From: a virus
Lineage: Duplodnaviria; Caudoviricetes
Direction: 5' to 3' (one strand)
Length of the DNA stretch: 64,000 bases
Virus record (IMG/VR): IMGVR_UViG_3300013281_000008
Location: 19,143 to 83,142 of that record
Under the pieces are notes generated by a model, which was not told the origin of the DNA, did no database searches, and was given only the letters and a program-made list of their open reading frames with translations. Every line of letters begins with the position of its first letter. Positions within the stretch are counted from its first letter, which is position 1. The translations under genes were made by a program, and so were the position numbers. Shown here one piece after another: positions 24,290 through 33,729 of the stretch.

Positions 24290-26320
24290 ATGTCATCAAA
24301 AGATACCTATTTCGCAGCTCTTCCGTCCGATGAGATCGGTCCAGAATTAATGCGAAAAGTCAATGATTGGTACACCCACATATCTGCTTCTGGCATATTT
24401 GGCCGGATGAAAAAGTCCTATTATTCTTATTATGGCTACAGCGATACCACTGGTGGTACTTCTGCCGATATTCTTAAAGGTGGCTCCCAAGGTGAATTAG
24501 CTTTAATGAAGGTTAATCACTTCCGCAACCTCATACAGCACATTCTCGTAATGACTACCAGTAATAGACCTGCCATGGAAGCCAGAGCGATTAACACAGA
24601 CCATCGGTCAATGGCTCAAACTATTCTGGCTAATGGTATTCTTGATTATTATATGCGCGAAAAGACGCTTGAAGAGTACCTCAAACAATCTGCTGAATTT
24701 GCTCTAGTATTTGGTGAAGGTTACGTAACTCTTGAATGGGATGCCTCTCAAGGTGATGAATATGCCGCCGATCCAGACACTGGTAGAATCATCCACAGCG
24801 GAGATCTTCGATTTAATGCATTAAATCCAATTGATGTTGTTAAAGATGTTTATGAATCTGAAGTGGATAATCCTAACTGGCGTATTGTACGGAAGTTCCT
24901 TAATAAATATGATTTAGCTGCTAAATATCCTGAGCTATCTGAAAAGATTATTTCAGCGCCTTCTAAATATGATGCTGAAAAAAGCATGATGTTTGAATTT
25001 ACTAATCCTTATAAGGAAAATAGCGACCTCGTTGCTGTTTATGAATTCTATCATCGAAGATCAGATTCACTTCCTTCTGGACGCTTGGTATCCTTCATCG
25101 ACGACGAGGTAGTACTTTATGATGGACCTCTCCCTTACAAGAATGTGCCTATTTATCGCATTGCGCCTGGTAATTTCATTGGCACTGTTTATGGGTATTC
25201 TCCTGCTTTTGACCTCCTAGGTCTTCAAGAAGCTGTAGACGCCCTCTATTCCGTTATTGTAACGAATCAGACTACATTTGGTGTCCAAAACATTCTTATT
25301 CCTTCTGGACACAATATTGCTGTTAGTCAACTTGCTGGCGGTATGAATGTTATCGAATATGATAGCCAGCTTGGTAAACCAGAAGCCCTTAACCTAACGG
25401 CTACTCCTCCCGAAATCTTTAATTTTATTGATAAGATCGAACGAACGATGGAAACTATCTCCGGTGTTAATCAAGTCGCTAGAGGTGATCCGGCTGCCAA
25501 TCTTCGTTCTGGTAACGCGTTGGCGCTTATTCAATCGATGGCCATCCAATTCAATAGTGGGCTTCAGAATTCGTATGCTCGCTTAATTGAAAATATTGGT
25601 ACTGGAATTATCAATACACTTAAAGAGTTCGCAGAAGCTCCGCGTATTATTATGATCACTGGTCGGCATAATATGTCTTATGCTAAGGAATTTAAAGGAT
25701 CTGATCTAGATAAGATCAATCGTGTTATTGTCGATATCGCAAACCCACTTAGTCGTACAATGGCGGGTAAGGTTGAAATCGCAGATAACCTACTTAAGAT
25801 GGGTCTGGTTAATCCTCAGCAATATATCAACCTAATTAAGACCGGAAATCTAGATGTAATGCTCGAAGGACAAGAATCTGAATTGATGCTTGTCAAACAA
25901 GAAAATGAAGAGCTTTCCGAAGGAAGAGATGTAATAGCAGTCGTCACAGATGCTCACGCTCTTCATATCCAAGAACATAAGTCAGTTTTGGCCTCTCCAG
26001 ATGTTCGCAAAGACCCCACGATAGTCCAGGCAGCTATCAAACATATCGAAGAACATATTGAACTTCTCCGTTCTACCGATCCTGGACTTCTCGCAGTACT
26101 GGGGCAGCAAGCAATACCTCCTGTCGGGCAACAGCCTGGGGCACCTGCCGAAGGCGGGCTACCACCAGGCGGAGAGTCACCTCTCGCTGGAGCAGGCCAA
26201 ACTATTCCAGAAACGTTAGAAGCACAAATGCAACCCGGTGAAGAAATGCCTTCGTTACCAAGTCCAGCTACTAATCCACTCAGTGGAAATAAGTGGAATC
26301 CCGAGACAGGCGGTTTATAA
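24290..26320 (+). CDS. Portal protein (P22/T7-like head-tail connector)
   Basis: 676 aa after terL; LGLQEAVDALYS...TN, ETISGVNQVARG motifs; Pro/Gly-rich tail. Confidence 0.85.
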   Translation: MSSKDTYFAALPSDEIGPELMRKVNDWYTHISASGIFGRMKKSYYSYYGYSDTTGGTSADILKGGSQGELALMKVNHFRNLIQHILVMTTSNRPAMEARAINTDHRSMAQTILANGILDYYMREKTLEEYLKQSAEFALVFGEGYVTLEWDASQGDEYAADPDTGRIIHSGDLRFNALNPIDVVKDVYESEVDNPNWRIVRKFLNKYDLAAKYPELSEKIISAPSKYDAEKSMMFEFTNPYKENSDLVAVYEFYHRRSDSLPSGRLVSFIDDEVVLYDGPLPYKNVPIYRIAPGNFIGTVYGYSPAFDLLGLQEAVDALYSVIVTNQTTFGVQNILIPSGHNIAVSQLAGGMNVIEYDSQLGKPEALNLTATPPEIFNFIDKIERTMETISGVNQVARGDPAANLRSGNALALIQSMAIQFNSGLQNSYARLIENIGTGIINTLKEFAEAPRIIMITGRHNMSYAKEFKGSDLDKINRVIVDIANPLSRTMAGKVEIADNLLKMGLVNPQQYINLIKTGNLDVMLEGQESELMLVKQENEELSEGRDVIAVVTDAHALHIQEHKSVLASPDVRKDPTIVQAAIKHIEEHIELLRSTDPGLLAVLGQQAIPPVGQQPGAPAEGGLPPGGESPLAGAGQTIPETLEAQMQPGEEMPSLPSPATNPLSGNKWNPETGGL

Positions 26321-26329
26321 GGAATAATT

Positions 26330-26665
26330 ATGAAAGAGAATCTATTTAACATTCTAGTTATTACAAACGGAGATATGTCCGGTAATTTGACCTCATCGAT
26401 TGTGGATGTATCTAAAATCAATGCCGTTGTATTCTACGCCAAATGGACAGGAACTCCAACTGGTTCTATTAAACTTCAAGTATCGATTGATGATGTAAAC
26501 TGGGTGGATCTACCTAGTTCTTCCCAAGCAACTGGTGGCGCCGCTGGTGATTTTATGTGGAACGTTACTGATACTAATTATGACAAAATTAAATTAGTTT
26601 ATACATTCTCATCTGGATCTGGGACATTAAATGTTCAAGCCAATGGTAAGGGTTCGAAGGTCTAA
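26330..26665 (+). CDS. 111-aa beta-sandwich virion protein, paralogue A
   Basis: Gap-free alignment, about half identical, to 35913..36248. Confidence 0.75.
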   Translation: MKENLFNILVITNGDMSGNLTSSIVDVSKINAVVFYAKWTGTPTGSIKLQVSIDDVNWVDLPSSSQATGGAAGDFMWNVTDTNYDKIKLVYTFSSGSGTLNVQANGKGSKV

Positions 26666-26667
26666 TT

Positions 26668-28641
26668 ATGACAAGTGGTTATATAAAATTACCGGTTTCT
26701 GGCGGCGGTGGTGGAGCAGTTGACTCTGTTAATGGGCAAACTGGCGTTGTTGTTCTCACAGCTAGTGATATCGGCGGCGGCACTGCCAATACTTTTGCCG
26801 GATTTGATGGAAGTGGAGATTTTCAATCTATCCCAGGATTTTCTCTATCGACGGATGTAAATGGATTTTTAATTGCTAAACCAATTCAGCCAGATAATGA
26901 TTCTGGATTTTTTAACGTTCATAGTTATAATGGCACGTTTAATCCTCTTCAAAATAGTCCAAACGAAACTTGGTCATATCACAATACTTTTTTAGAGCTA
27001 GATACTGGAGACTCTGGATTTACATTTGGCACATCAGGGAACGCACTAACTGCATACAATGTCACGATTAAACACTATGGTACCGGGGAATCTGGTTCAC
27101 TATCGTTGTTTAGTAATAATTTTGATATAGGAAATGGAACAGATCCTGTCGCCGTTAGAGGACTTGGTTATTCTTTTGGATTTGGGACAGTTAATGCTAA
27201 TGCGACTATTAAAAATGGAATTCAAGGTTATGGATTTCAATTAAATGTTAATGCCAGTGCTACACTAGATTCGGCTACCTCATATACGAATGCCTTTTAC
27301 GATTTTGCCAACTACGCAACAGCTAGTAATAGTTATGTTTCATATACAGCCAGTCCAATAATCGAAGAAATACGAAATAATAATGGGTATAGCGGTTTAA
27401 ATATAAATCCAACAATAGACACATTTACTGGAAATGCCGGTTTTACTGGCGTTGGTATTGCTGGGGATTTAGGCACATTTGGTACTGGAGGATTTAACGG
27501 ATTAAATGTAAACCCGAATATTGATTTAATTAATACCACCGCGTACGGCATATTTGTATCAATGGATAACGTTACTCTATATGCTGGCGCTCAATCATCT
27601 CTGGTTGAACAAGATATTACATATACTTGGATTCAAGCTGGTGATAATGATGTTTATACTTTGGAATATGTTGACGATACCACAGCCGGTAATGAATCTG
27701 TTACAATTGCAGGAACCGATGTAACAGTTCATATCGAATCTGGCGTATCAACTGCCACTCAAGTTAAAACGGCTTGGGATGCGTCTCAAGCGGCGTCGGC
27801 AGTTAATGCAGTTATTACTGGAACTGCTGGAGACGCGCAAGTTGCATTTGGTCCAACTAATTTTACTGGTGGTGAAAATCCCGGTACTAAAAAAGCAGCT
27901 TATCTGGATGGAGACGTAGAAATTACTGGGTCTTTACAATTCGGCGGTGCTTTATCAATTGGACAACTCAATGCTTTTTATTCGGCCCCACTTGTTAGTA
28001 GTCCTGGACAACCTACGTCTACTCATTTACTCATTTCTGCCCCAACAGTTGCTGCAAACGCTACGGTATCTAGTGCTGACTTTTTAGGCGTTAATACGGC
28101 ATGTTTGATGCAATTTGGAGATAATAGTACAGTAACAACTGATTTTCTTGGAGTTGCAGCTTTAGGTCTTCCAGCTGTCGCTAGTTTTGGCACAGGTGCA
28201 ACAGTGGACCGGGTATCCGGCGCAACATTTGCTTTAAGTTTAGATGCTTCTTCAACTGGCGGAACTATTGATCGATTAGCACTTTGCCGTGCAATATCGA
28301 TTCCAAACGGAATAACAGCTGTAACTCGTCAATATGGTTATGCTTTTGATCTTCCATTTGGAGATCCAGCAACAACTACTTGGGGTGTGTACATTTCTCC
28401 TGATTGTAATAACTTCTTAAAAGGAAGTTTAAAAATTGGCGGGATTGTTGATTCCACCGACGTTGTAACTAACGACAGCGTTGCGTTAGAAGTTGAATCC
28501 ACAACTAAAGCCGTTGTATTCTCTCGTATGACAACTACTGAACGGGATGCACTTACTGCCATAAACGGAATGGTTATTTATAATACCACAGATGACAAGC
28601 TCCAAGTTAGAGCAGCAGGCTCATGGGTAGATTTACATTAA
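26668..28641 (+). CDS. Fibre/spike-like virion protein
   Basis: VDSVNGQTGVVVL motif, Gly/Asn/Thr-rich beta repeats, C-terminal MTTTERDAL..GMVIYNTT motif. Confidence 0.75.
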   Translation: MTSGYIKLPVSGGGGGAVDSVNGQTGVVVLTASDIGGGTANTFAGFDGSGDFQSIPGFSLSTDVNGFLIAKPIQPDNDSGFFNVHSYNGTFNPLQNSPNETWSYHNTFLELDTGDSGFTFGTSGNALTAYNVTIKHYGTGESGSLSLFSNNFDIGNGTDPVAVRGLGYSFGFGTVNANATIKNGIQGYGFQLNVNASATLDSATSYTNAFYDFANYATASNSYVSYTASPIIEEIRNNNGYSGLNINPTIDTFTGNAGFTGVGIAGDLGTFGTGGFNGLNVNPNIDLINTTAYGIFVSMDNVTLYAGAQSSLVEQDITYTWIQAGDNDVYTLEYVDDTTAGNESVTIAGTDVTVHIESGVSTATQVKTAWDASQAASAVNAVITGTAGDAQVAFGPTNFTGGENPGTKKAAYLDGDVEITGSLQFGGALSIGQLNAFYSAPLVSSPGQPTSTHLLISAPTVAANATVSSADFLGVNTACLMQFGDNSTVTTDFLGVAALGLPAVASFGTGATVDRVSGATFALSLDASSTGGTIDRLALCRAISIPNGITAVTRQYGYAFDLPFGDPATTTWGVYISPDCNNFLKGSLKIGGIVDSTDVVTNDSVALEVESTTKAVVFSRMTTTERDALTAINGMVIYNTTDDKLQVRAAGSWVDLH

Positions 28642-28650
28642 GAGGATTTT

Positions 28651-28779
28651 ATGACTAGAGAACAAGCTAAAACAATTGTAGACGAACTTTCTGATAAAAA
28701 GAATTTATCATCTTTAGAACGTAAACAACTAATAGACGCACTTAAGATATTAGCCAACAAATGGTCAATGCCTAGTTAA
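28651..28779 (+). CDS. 42-aa hypothetical protein (not in the ORF track)
   Basis: SD GAGG; MTREQAKTIVDEL... Confidence 0.5.
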   Translation: MTREQAKTIVDELSDKKNLSSLERKQLIDALKILANKWSMPS

Positions 28780-28862
28780 ATGATTTTGATTACTACCCAA
28801 TAGTTGGGCGTAATAACCAAATAAACTATCCCTTAATTGGGACGTATTAAAGGAGATATAAA

Positions 28863-29819
28863 ATGTCAGACACTCAAACCCCCGCTCCACAGGAATCTGT
28901 TGGAGAAATTGCAAATCAACAAGCCAATGAAGGTTCTATTACAGAAGCCGTTTCCGAGGCGACAACCCCGGCGCAGAACGCTGTTTCCCAACTTCAAGAA
29001 AGTGGAGTTGATGTAAAAGAATCTGCAAACTCAACGCCTGAAAATAAGAAATACAAAGTTAAGATCGATGGTAAAGAAGTAGAAGTTACGGAAGATGAAC
29101 TTCTAAAGGGTTACCAAAGTTCTAAATCGGCAAGCAAACGCTTCAATGAAGCTGCTAAAATGCGTAAAGAAGCCGATCAGCTTATTGAGTTTATGAAGAC
29201 TCAACCTGTTCAAGTTATTGAACAACTTGGTCATAATTTCCGAGAAATCGCTGAACAATACTTAATTCAAAAGCTTGAAGAAGAAAGCATGGACCCTAAA
29301 GATCGCGAACTTCTAGATGCTAAGCGTAAGCTTCAAGAATATGAAGAACGAGAAAAACAACTTGCCCAACAACGTGAACAAGAAGAATACGCTAAAATGA
29401 AGTCTTCTTATGAAGAGCAAATTGATACTCAAATCTCTGATACTCTTCAAAAATCAGGCCTCCCCAAGACTCCCTACACAGTTAAAAGAATGGCTCAATA
29501 TCTTTCTCGTGCTCTTGAGAATAACCTAGAACTCGCACCAAACGATGTAGTTGAACTTGTTAGAAAAGACTACTACAACGATCTTACATCTTATCTTGGT
29601 GGATATGATGGAGATAAACTCCTGGAAGTAATGCCTAAAGACGTGGTTGAAAAGATCCGTAAGGCTGAACTAGCCAAGGTTAAAGCTAAAACTGCTCCTA
29701 CTCCTACGAAAGTAGAAGAAGTGGCTAAGCCTAAATCTGAAGATGCTGATAAGAAAAATAAGAAGAAAATGAGCATGGCTTCTTTTCGTGAATGGGCAGA
29801 TAAAGCGTCAAGAGAGTAG
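28863..29819 (+). CDS. Capsid scaffolding protein
   Basis: Acidic disordered N-terminus, KYKVKIDGKEVEVTEDELLKGYQ motif, coiled coil; lies before the capsid gene. Confidence 0.85.
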   Translation: MSDTQTPAPQESVGEIANQQANEGSITEAVSEATTPAQNAVSQLQESGVDVKESANSTPENKKYKVKIDGKEVEVTEDELLKGYQSSKSASKRFNEAAKMRKEADQLIEFMKTQPVQVIEQLGHNFREIAEQYLIQKLEEESMDPKDRELLDAKRKLQEYEEREKQLAQQREQEEYAKMKSSYEEQIDTQISDTLQKSGLPKTPYTVKRMAQYLSRALENNLELAPNDVVELVRKDYYNDLTSYLGGYDGDKLLEVMPKDVVEKIRKAELAKVKAKTAPTPTKVEEVAKPKSEDADKKNKKKMSMASFREWADKASRE

Positions 29820-29827
29820 TATTAAGA

Positions 29828-29857
29828 GGGGACAGATTAGTCTGTCCCCATTTTTTT
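29828..29857 (+). terminator. Rho-independent terminator
   Basis: GGGGACAGA-TTAG-TCTGTCCCC followed by a T7 run. Confidence 0.85.
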
Positions 29858-29859
29858 AT

Positions 29860-30428
29860 ATGAAACCATATGGAATTATCTATAAAGTTACTAATAAATC
29901 CAATGGAAAGGTCTACATCGGGCAGACTGTTCAAGGTCTGAAACAACGTAAAAACAAACATATTTATACTTCTAAACGACAGATAACAAATTTGCATTAC
30001 ATCATGCTATAAATAAATATGGAAAAGAAAGCTTTGATTTTGAGACTATTTGTTCTTGCTTTGACATTGATGAGCTAAATAAACAAGAACAACATTTTAT
30101 CGAACAATACAAATGTATCGCACCCAATGGCTATAACTTGAAAAATGGTGGCTATAATAAAAAGTATAGTGAAACGACCATTCGTAAAATGAAAGAAATA
30201 GCGAGTAAACGAGGCCCTAATCATCCATCGACTTTAGCTCTTTTAGATAGAAGTAAAAACTATCAAAAACAAAAAGGTTGTATTGGTAATGTTAGACGTT
30301 TTATTCAAGCCGAAGATGGGACGATTTATACAGGTGTTACTGAATTAGCTAAAAAGCTCGACACAACGGCTTCTTCAATACATAATTCTATTAAAAAAAG
30401 AGGCAAATATATTTGCCTATTATTTTAA
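29860..30428 (+). pseudogene. GIY-YIG homing endonuclease, frameshifted near 29970-29980
   Basis: YGIIYKVTNKSNGKVYIGQT in frame 1 stops at 30012; the domain continues in another frame (ALHHAINKYGKESF...ELNKQEQHFIEQY...GYNLKNGG). Confidence 0.8.
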
Positions 30429-30435
30429 TAAGTAT
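30426..30435 (+). promoter_or_regulatory. Late-promoter-like motif TAATAAGTAT upstream of the capsid leader
   Basis: About 190 nt before the capsid ATG. Confidence 0.6.
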
Positions 30436-30620
30436 ATATGGAAACATAGGTTTAGCTCCAAACGCTAAATCTTTTGAACGTTCAAAAGACTATTCAAAAG
30501 GTATTTAGGGTTAGGACACTAGATAAATGTTCTGTAGGGTTTATCCGTTCTGGACAACTCTAAATAATCATTAAAACTAGTATTTTAACATTTAACCTAA
30601 ATCAAAGGATATACAATAAT

Positions 30621-30776
30621 ATGTCAGGTGCAAATATTGTCAGCACGCTGTCTGGTCTGTTCAAAGAACAGTACAGTGACAAGCTCATGGATCTAGTTCC
30701 AGATGGCGTCAAGATGCTTCGAATGGTTCCATTCGTAGAATCTAGTAAAGAAATCGGTAATTTTTACCATCAGCCT
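30621..30776 (+). CDS. Major capsid protein, exon 1 (52 codons)
   Basis: SD AAGGA; MSGANIVSTLSGLFKEQYSDKLMDLVPDGVKMLRMVPF...GNFYHQP, then an in-frame TAA inside the intron. Confidence 0.85.
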
Positions 30777-31034
30777 TCTGTTTAAGCATAGGGCCCCTTA
30801 TTAGAAATGATAAGGTAAACACTCTTTGAATTGCTGGAAACTCCAAAATAGGGACAATCAGCAGCCAAGCTGTAGAAATACAGAAGGTTCAACGACTAGG
30901 TCATATGACCGTACCGTCAAGCGACGGGAAGTGGAGAGCATCCGAAAGGATGAAGAGATAGTCTAATCTTGCAGGTAACTGCAAGCTGCTCGAAAGAGCG
31001 GACAAGATGTAGCGAATCTTGTTGAATATAAATG
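30777..31034 (+). ncRNA. Group I self-splicing intron (258 nt, no internal ORF)
   Basis: Exon ends in U with a U.G wobble in P1; terminal G; P AATTGCTGGAAA (30829), Q AATCAGCAG (30856), R GTTCAACGACTA (30887), S AAGAGATAGTC (30953); P7 GACTA/TAGTC; IGS AAGCAT pairs with 3' exon GTGCTT; GNRA hairpins. Confidence 0.93.
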
Positions 31035-32168
31035 GTGCTTTTGGCACAAGAACACGGACTCACGTACGCCCCGGCGAACGGAACGGCCTTCTCCCTAGGA
31101 GATGCCATTGCTGCTCGTCTTCAAGATGCTCAAATCGCTGGCGCTCAACTTCTGTTGCGCTCCTCGATCAGCTATGAAGCCGCTGCCCGTGCGTCGAACG
31201 ATAAGAAAGCTTTCGTGAAAGCGACCAGCCTTCTTGTCGAAAACATGCTCAACTCAATCAGCAAGCGATTGGAAATCTCGCTTCTCTACGGACAATCAGG
31301 CCTTGCCTCGTCTGTAGCGACGACTAACCAATCTGCTACTTCTACCCGTCTGGAAGTTCCTGCGGCTTCTTGGGCCCCTGGAATCTGGTCTGGATCGGAA
31401 AACGCTGTTTTGGTTGCGTACAACGGTACAACCCGTCTGAACGCTGCGGATACCGCTGGTTACACGGTTACTTCGGTTGATCTTCTCAACCGATATGTAT
31501 TCGTGTCTGCATCTAGTGCTGATATTACGGCGATTGACGCTGCTTCTGGTAGCATCACGCTGTACTTCCTCAGTTCAGTGGTTGGTTCCGGTGGAGGTCA
31601 AACCTTTAACGAAATGGCCGGTCTTGATAAGATCATTACGAACACTGGCTCGCTCTTCAACATCAACGCTTCTACGTATGCGTTGTGGAAAGGTAACTCC
31701 TACAGCGCCGGATCTGCGTCACTTAGCTTGACAAAGATCTTGAACGCCGTGGCGTTTGCCGTGGAACGTGGTCTTGATGAAGATGTAGTTTGCATGATGT
31801 CTGCAAAGACGTGGGCAAACATTGCTTCTGATCAAGCTGCTCTTCGTATCTATGATCAAAGCTACAAGCCCTCGAAGCTTGAAAACGGTGCTTCTGAGTT
31901 CGTGTTCAACGGACAAAATGGTCGCATCGAAATCCACACTTCAATCTACGTCAAAGAAGGTGAAGCATTCGTGTTTCCTCTTAAGAGACTTAAGAGAATT
32001 GGAGCTATGGATGTTAGCTTTAAAATGCCTGGTCGTAGCCAACAAGAAGACTTCTTCTTGGAGCTATCTAATGCTGCTGGGTACGAGCTCAGATGTTATA
32101 CTGATCAAGCAATCTTCTGTGATTCGCCTGCGAAACTCGTGAAGATTACGAACATCGTTAATAGCTAA
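31035..32168 (+). CDS. Major capsid protein, exon 2 (spliced product 429 aa)
   Basis: Splicing gives ...YHQP|VLLAQEHGLTYA...; HK97-like layout after the scaffold; strong terminator downstream. Confidence 0.85.
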   Translation: MLLAQEHGLTYAPANGTAFSLGDAIAARLQDAQIAGAQLLLRSSISYEAAARASNDKKAFVKATSLLVENMLNSISKRLEISLLYGQSGLASSVATTNQSATSTRLEVPAASWAPGIWSGSENAVLVAYNGTTRLNAADTAGYTVTSVDLLNRYVFVSASSADITAIDAASGSITLYFLSSVVGSGGGQTFNEMAGLDKIITNTGSLFNINASTYALWKGNSYSAGSASLSLTKILNAVAFAVERGLDEDVVCMMSAKTWANIASDQAALRIYDQSYKPSKLENGASEFVFNGQNGRIEIHTSIYVKEGEAFVFPLKRLKRIGAMDVSFKMPGRSQQEDFFLELSNAAGYELRCYTDQAIFCDSPAKLVKITNIVNS

Positions 32169-32197
32169 TCAAAAGGCTACTTTTAGTGGCTTTTATT

Positions 32198-32224
32198 GGG
32201 GGTCCTTTTTGGACCCCCTTTTTT
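32198..32224 (+). terminator. Rho-independent terminator after the capsid gene
   Basis: GGGGGTCC-TTTTT-GGACCCCC followed by a T6 run. Confidence 0.88.
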
Positions 32225-32235
32225 ATTTATTTCAC

Positions 32236-32264
32236 TTGACGGTCTTTAACATAGATGATAATCT
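32236..32264 (+). promoter_or_regulatory. Sigma70-type promoter TTGACG-N17-TAATCT for the endonuclease gene
   Basis: Correct spacing; -10 ends 6 nt before the ATG at 32271. Confidence 0.5.
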
Positions 32265-32270
32265 ATGTGA

Positions 32271-33707
32271 ATGAAAGAATGTTCTAAATGCAAGCAGATT
32301 TTAGCTTTTGAAGAGTTTGCTAAATGTAAAGCCAATAGAGATGGTTATCAATATCAATGTCGAAAGTGTAAGAAACTTGCAGTTGAACAAATTAAACTCC
32401 TTCACGTAGATGGAAATTATAGTGACAATATAAGTAATAAGCAATGTTCTAGATGTCACAATCTTCTTCCTAAAGACGCTTTTACAAAGAATTCATGTCA
32501 GAAAGACGGCCTTCATAATGAATGTAAAGGATGTATGTCATTAAGGGCTAAATTACGTTATTCAAATAACAAGGATAAAATTAAAGCCCAACAGGCTAAT
32601 TATTATAAGAATAATAAACATGTTAAAAATACTTATTGGCAAAAACGAATAAAAACCGATGTACAATTTAAGATAAAAGTGGGATTAAGAAGACGTCTAA
32701 AATTAGCATTAACCAATAATTATAAGAAAGGGATGGTTATAAAGAATCTTGGCTGTAGTGTTGAGGAGTTTAAGTGCTATTTCGAGTCTAAGTTTCAACC
32801 CGGAATGACTTGGAAAGACTTTCTTAAAGGTAAAATACATGTTGACCATATTAAACCATTATCTGCTTTTAATTTGACAGATCCTGAACAAATTAAAGAA
32901 GCTTGTCATTATACTAATTTACAACCTCTTTGGTGTGAAGATAACATTAAAAAGGGTTCGAAGTATATTAATACATTCTATGAAGATGATAATTTAAAAG
33001 TAAATATTATACCCATATCTGTTTTAGTTGGGATGGATAGACATCATTTATCTAAAGAGGTTCAAAAAACGAATAAAAGGCTTGTACAATTCTTTGATTT
33101 TGAATTGGTAGAAAGAGGATTTCAAATAACAAGCTTTGTAAAATCGGCTAGTGGACAAAATAAAAATAAGGTATTTGCTAGAAAATGTGAAATTAAAGAA
33201 GTTTCCCAAGACGATGCTAAAGGCTTTTTAGATAAATATCATATTCTAGGTGGCTCATTAAATTTTAGATTAGCATTGGGTTTATTCCATAAAGATGATT
33301 TAATAGCTTTAGCGACATTTGGAGCACACCATAGGAATCATACTAAGAATGTATTAAGTCGTTTTGTGACTAAAATAGACTGGAATGTAATAGGTGGCTT
33401 GTCGCGACTTTCTAAAGCTGCTTATGATCAATTGGGTGAGATTTATACGTGGATTGATTTACGCATGTCAAATGGGGATAATTGGATTAAAGCCGGTTGG
33501 ATATTCGAAGAAAAGCTGAATCCCGACTATTTTTATTATAATTTCAAAGCCAATAAAGTAATTAAAAAGCAATCTCGACAAAAATCCCTGGTAAACACCC
33601 CAGACCATATGACTGAATTTGAACACGCCAAGCGAGATGGTCTAATCCGTATATTTGATTGTGGTAAGATACGGTTAAAGTTTGACCCCAAAAAAGAATC
33701 TAAATAA
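32271..33707 (+). CDS. Free-standing composite homing endonuclease: CxxC Zn modules + HNH + Hef-like C-terminal domain
   Basis: CSKC..CRKC and CSRC..CKGC; HVDHIKP...HYTNLQPLWCEDNIKKG; FARKCEIKE...FLDKYHILG...SRFVTK...GGLSRL...RIFDCG. Confidence 0.8.
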   Translation: MKECSKCKQILAFEEFAKCKANRDGYQYQCRKCKKLAVEQIKLLHVDGNYSDNISNKQCSRCHNLLPKDAFTKNSCQKDGLHNECKGCMSLRAKLRYSNNKDKIKAQQANYYKNNKHVKNTYWQKRIKTDVQFKIKVGLRRRLKLALTNNYKKGMVIKNLGCSVEEFKCYFESKFQPGMTWKDFLKGKIHVDHIKPLSAFNLTDPEQIKEACHYTNLQPLWCEDNIKKGSKYINTFYEDDNLKVNIIPISVLVGMDRHHLSKEVQKTNKRLVQFFDFELVERGFQITSFVKSASGQNKNKVFARKCEIKEVSQDDAKGFLDKYHILGGSLNFRLALGLFHKDDLIALATFGAHHRNHTKNVLSRFVTKIDWNVIGGLSRLSKAAYDQLGEIYTWIDLRMSNGDNWIKAGWIFEEKLNPDYFYYNFKANKVIKKQSRQKSLVNTPDHMTEFEHAKRDGLIRIFDCGKIRLKFDPKKESK

Positions 33708-33729
33708 TTCCTCAATCATTCCAATAATT

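Noticed and set aside
25963-26421. 152-aa minus-strand ORF over the portal 3' end
   Set aside because: Shadow of the Pro/Gly-rich portal tail, opposite to the late operon.
30777-30785. Stop-codon reassignment or readthrough explaining the split capsid gene
   Set aside because: All other genes terminate normally with code 11, and group I intron structure explains the interruption.
31032-31034. ATG as the capsid start
   Set aside because: No SD; its G is the intron's terminal G, and the upstream exon restores a complete N-terminus.
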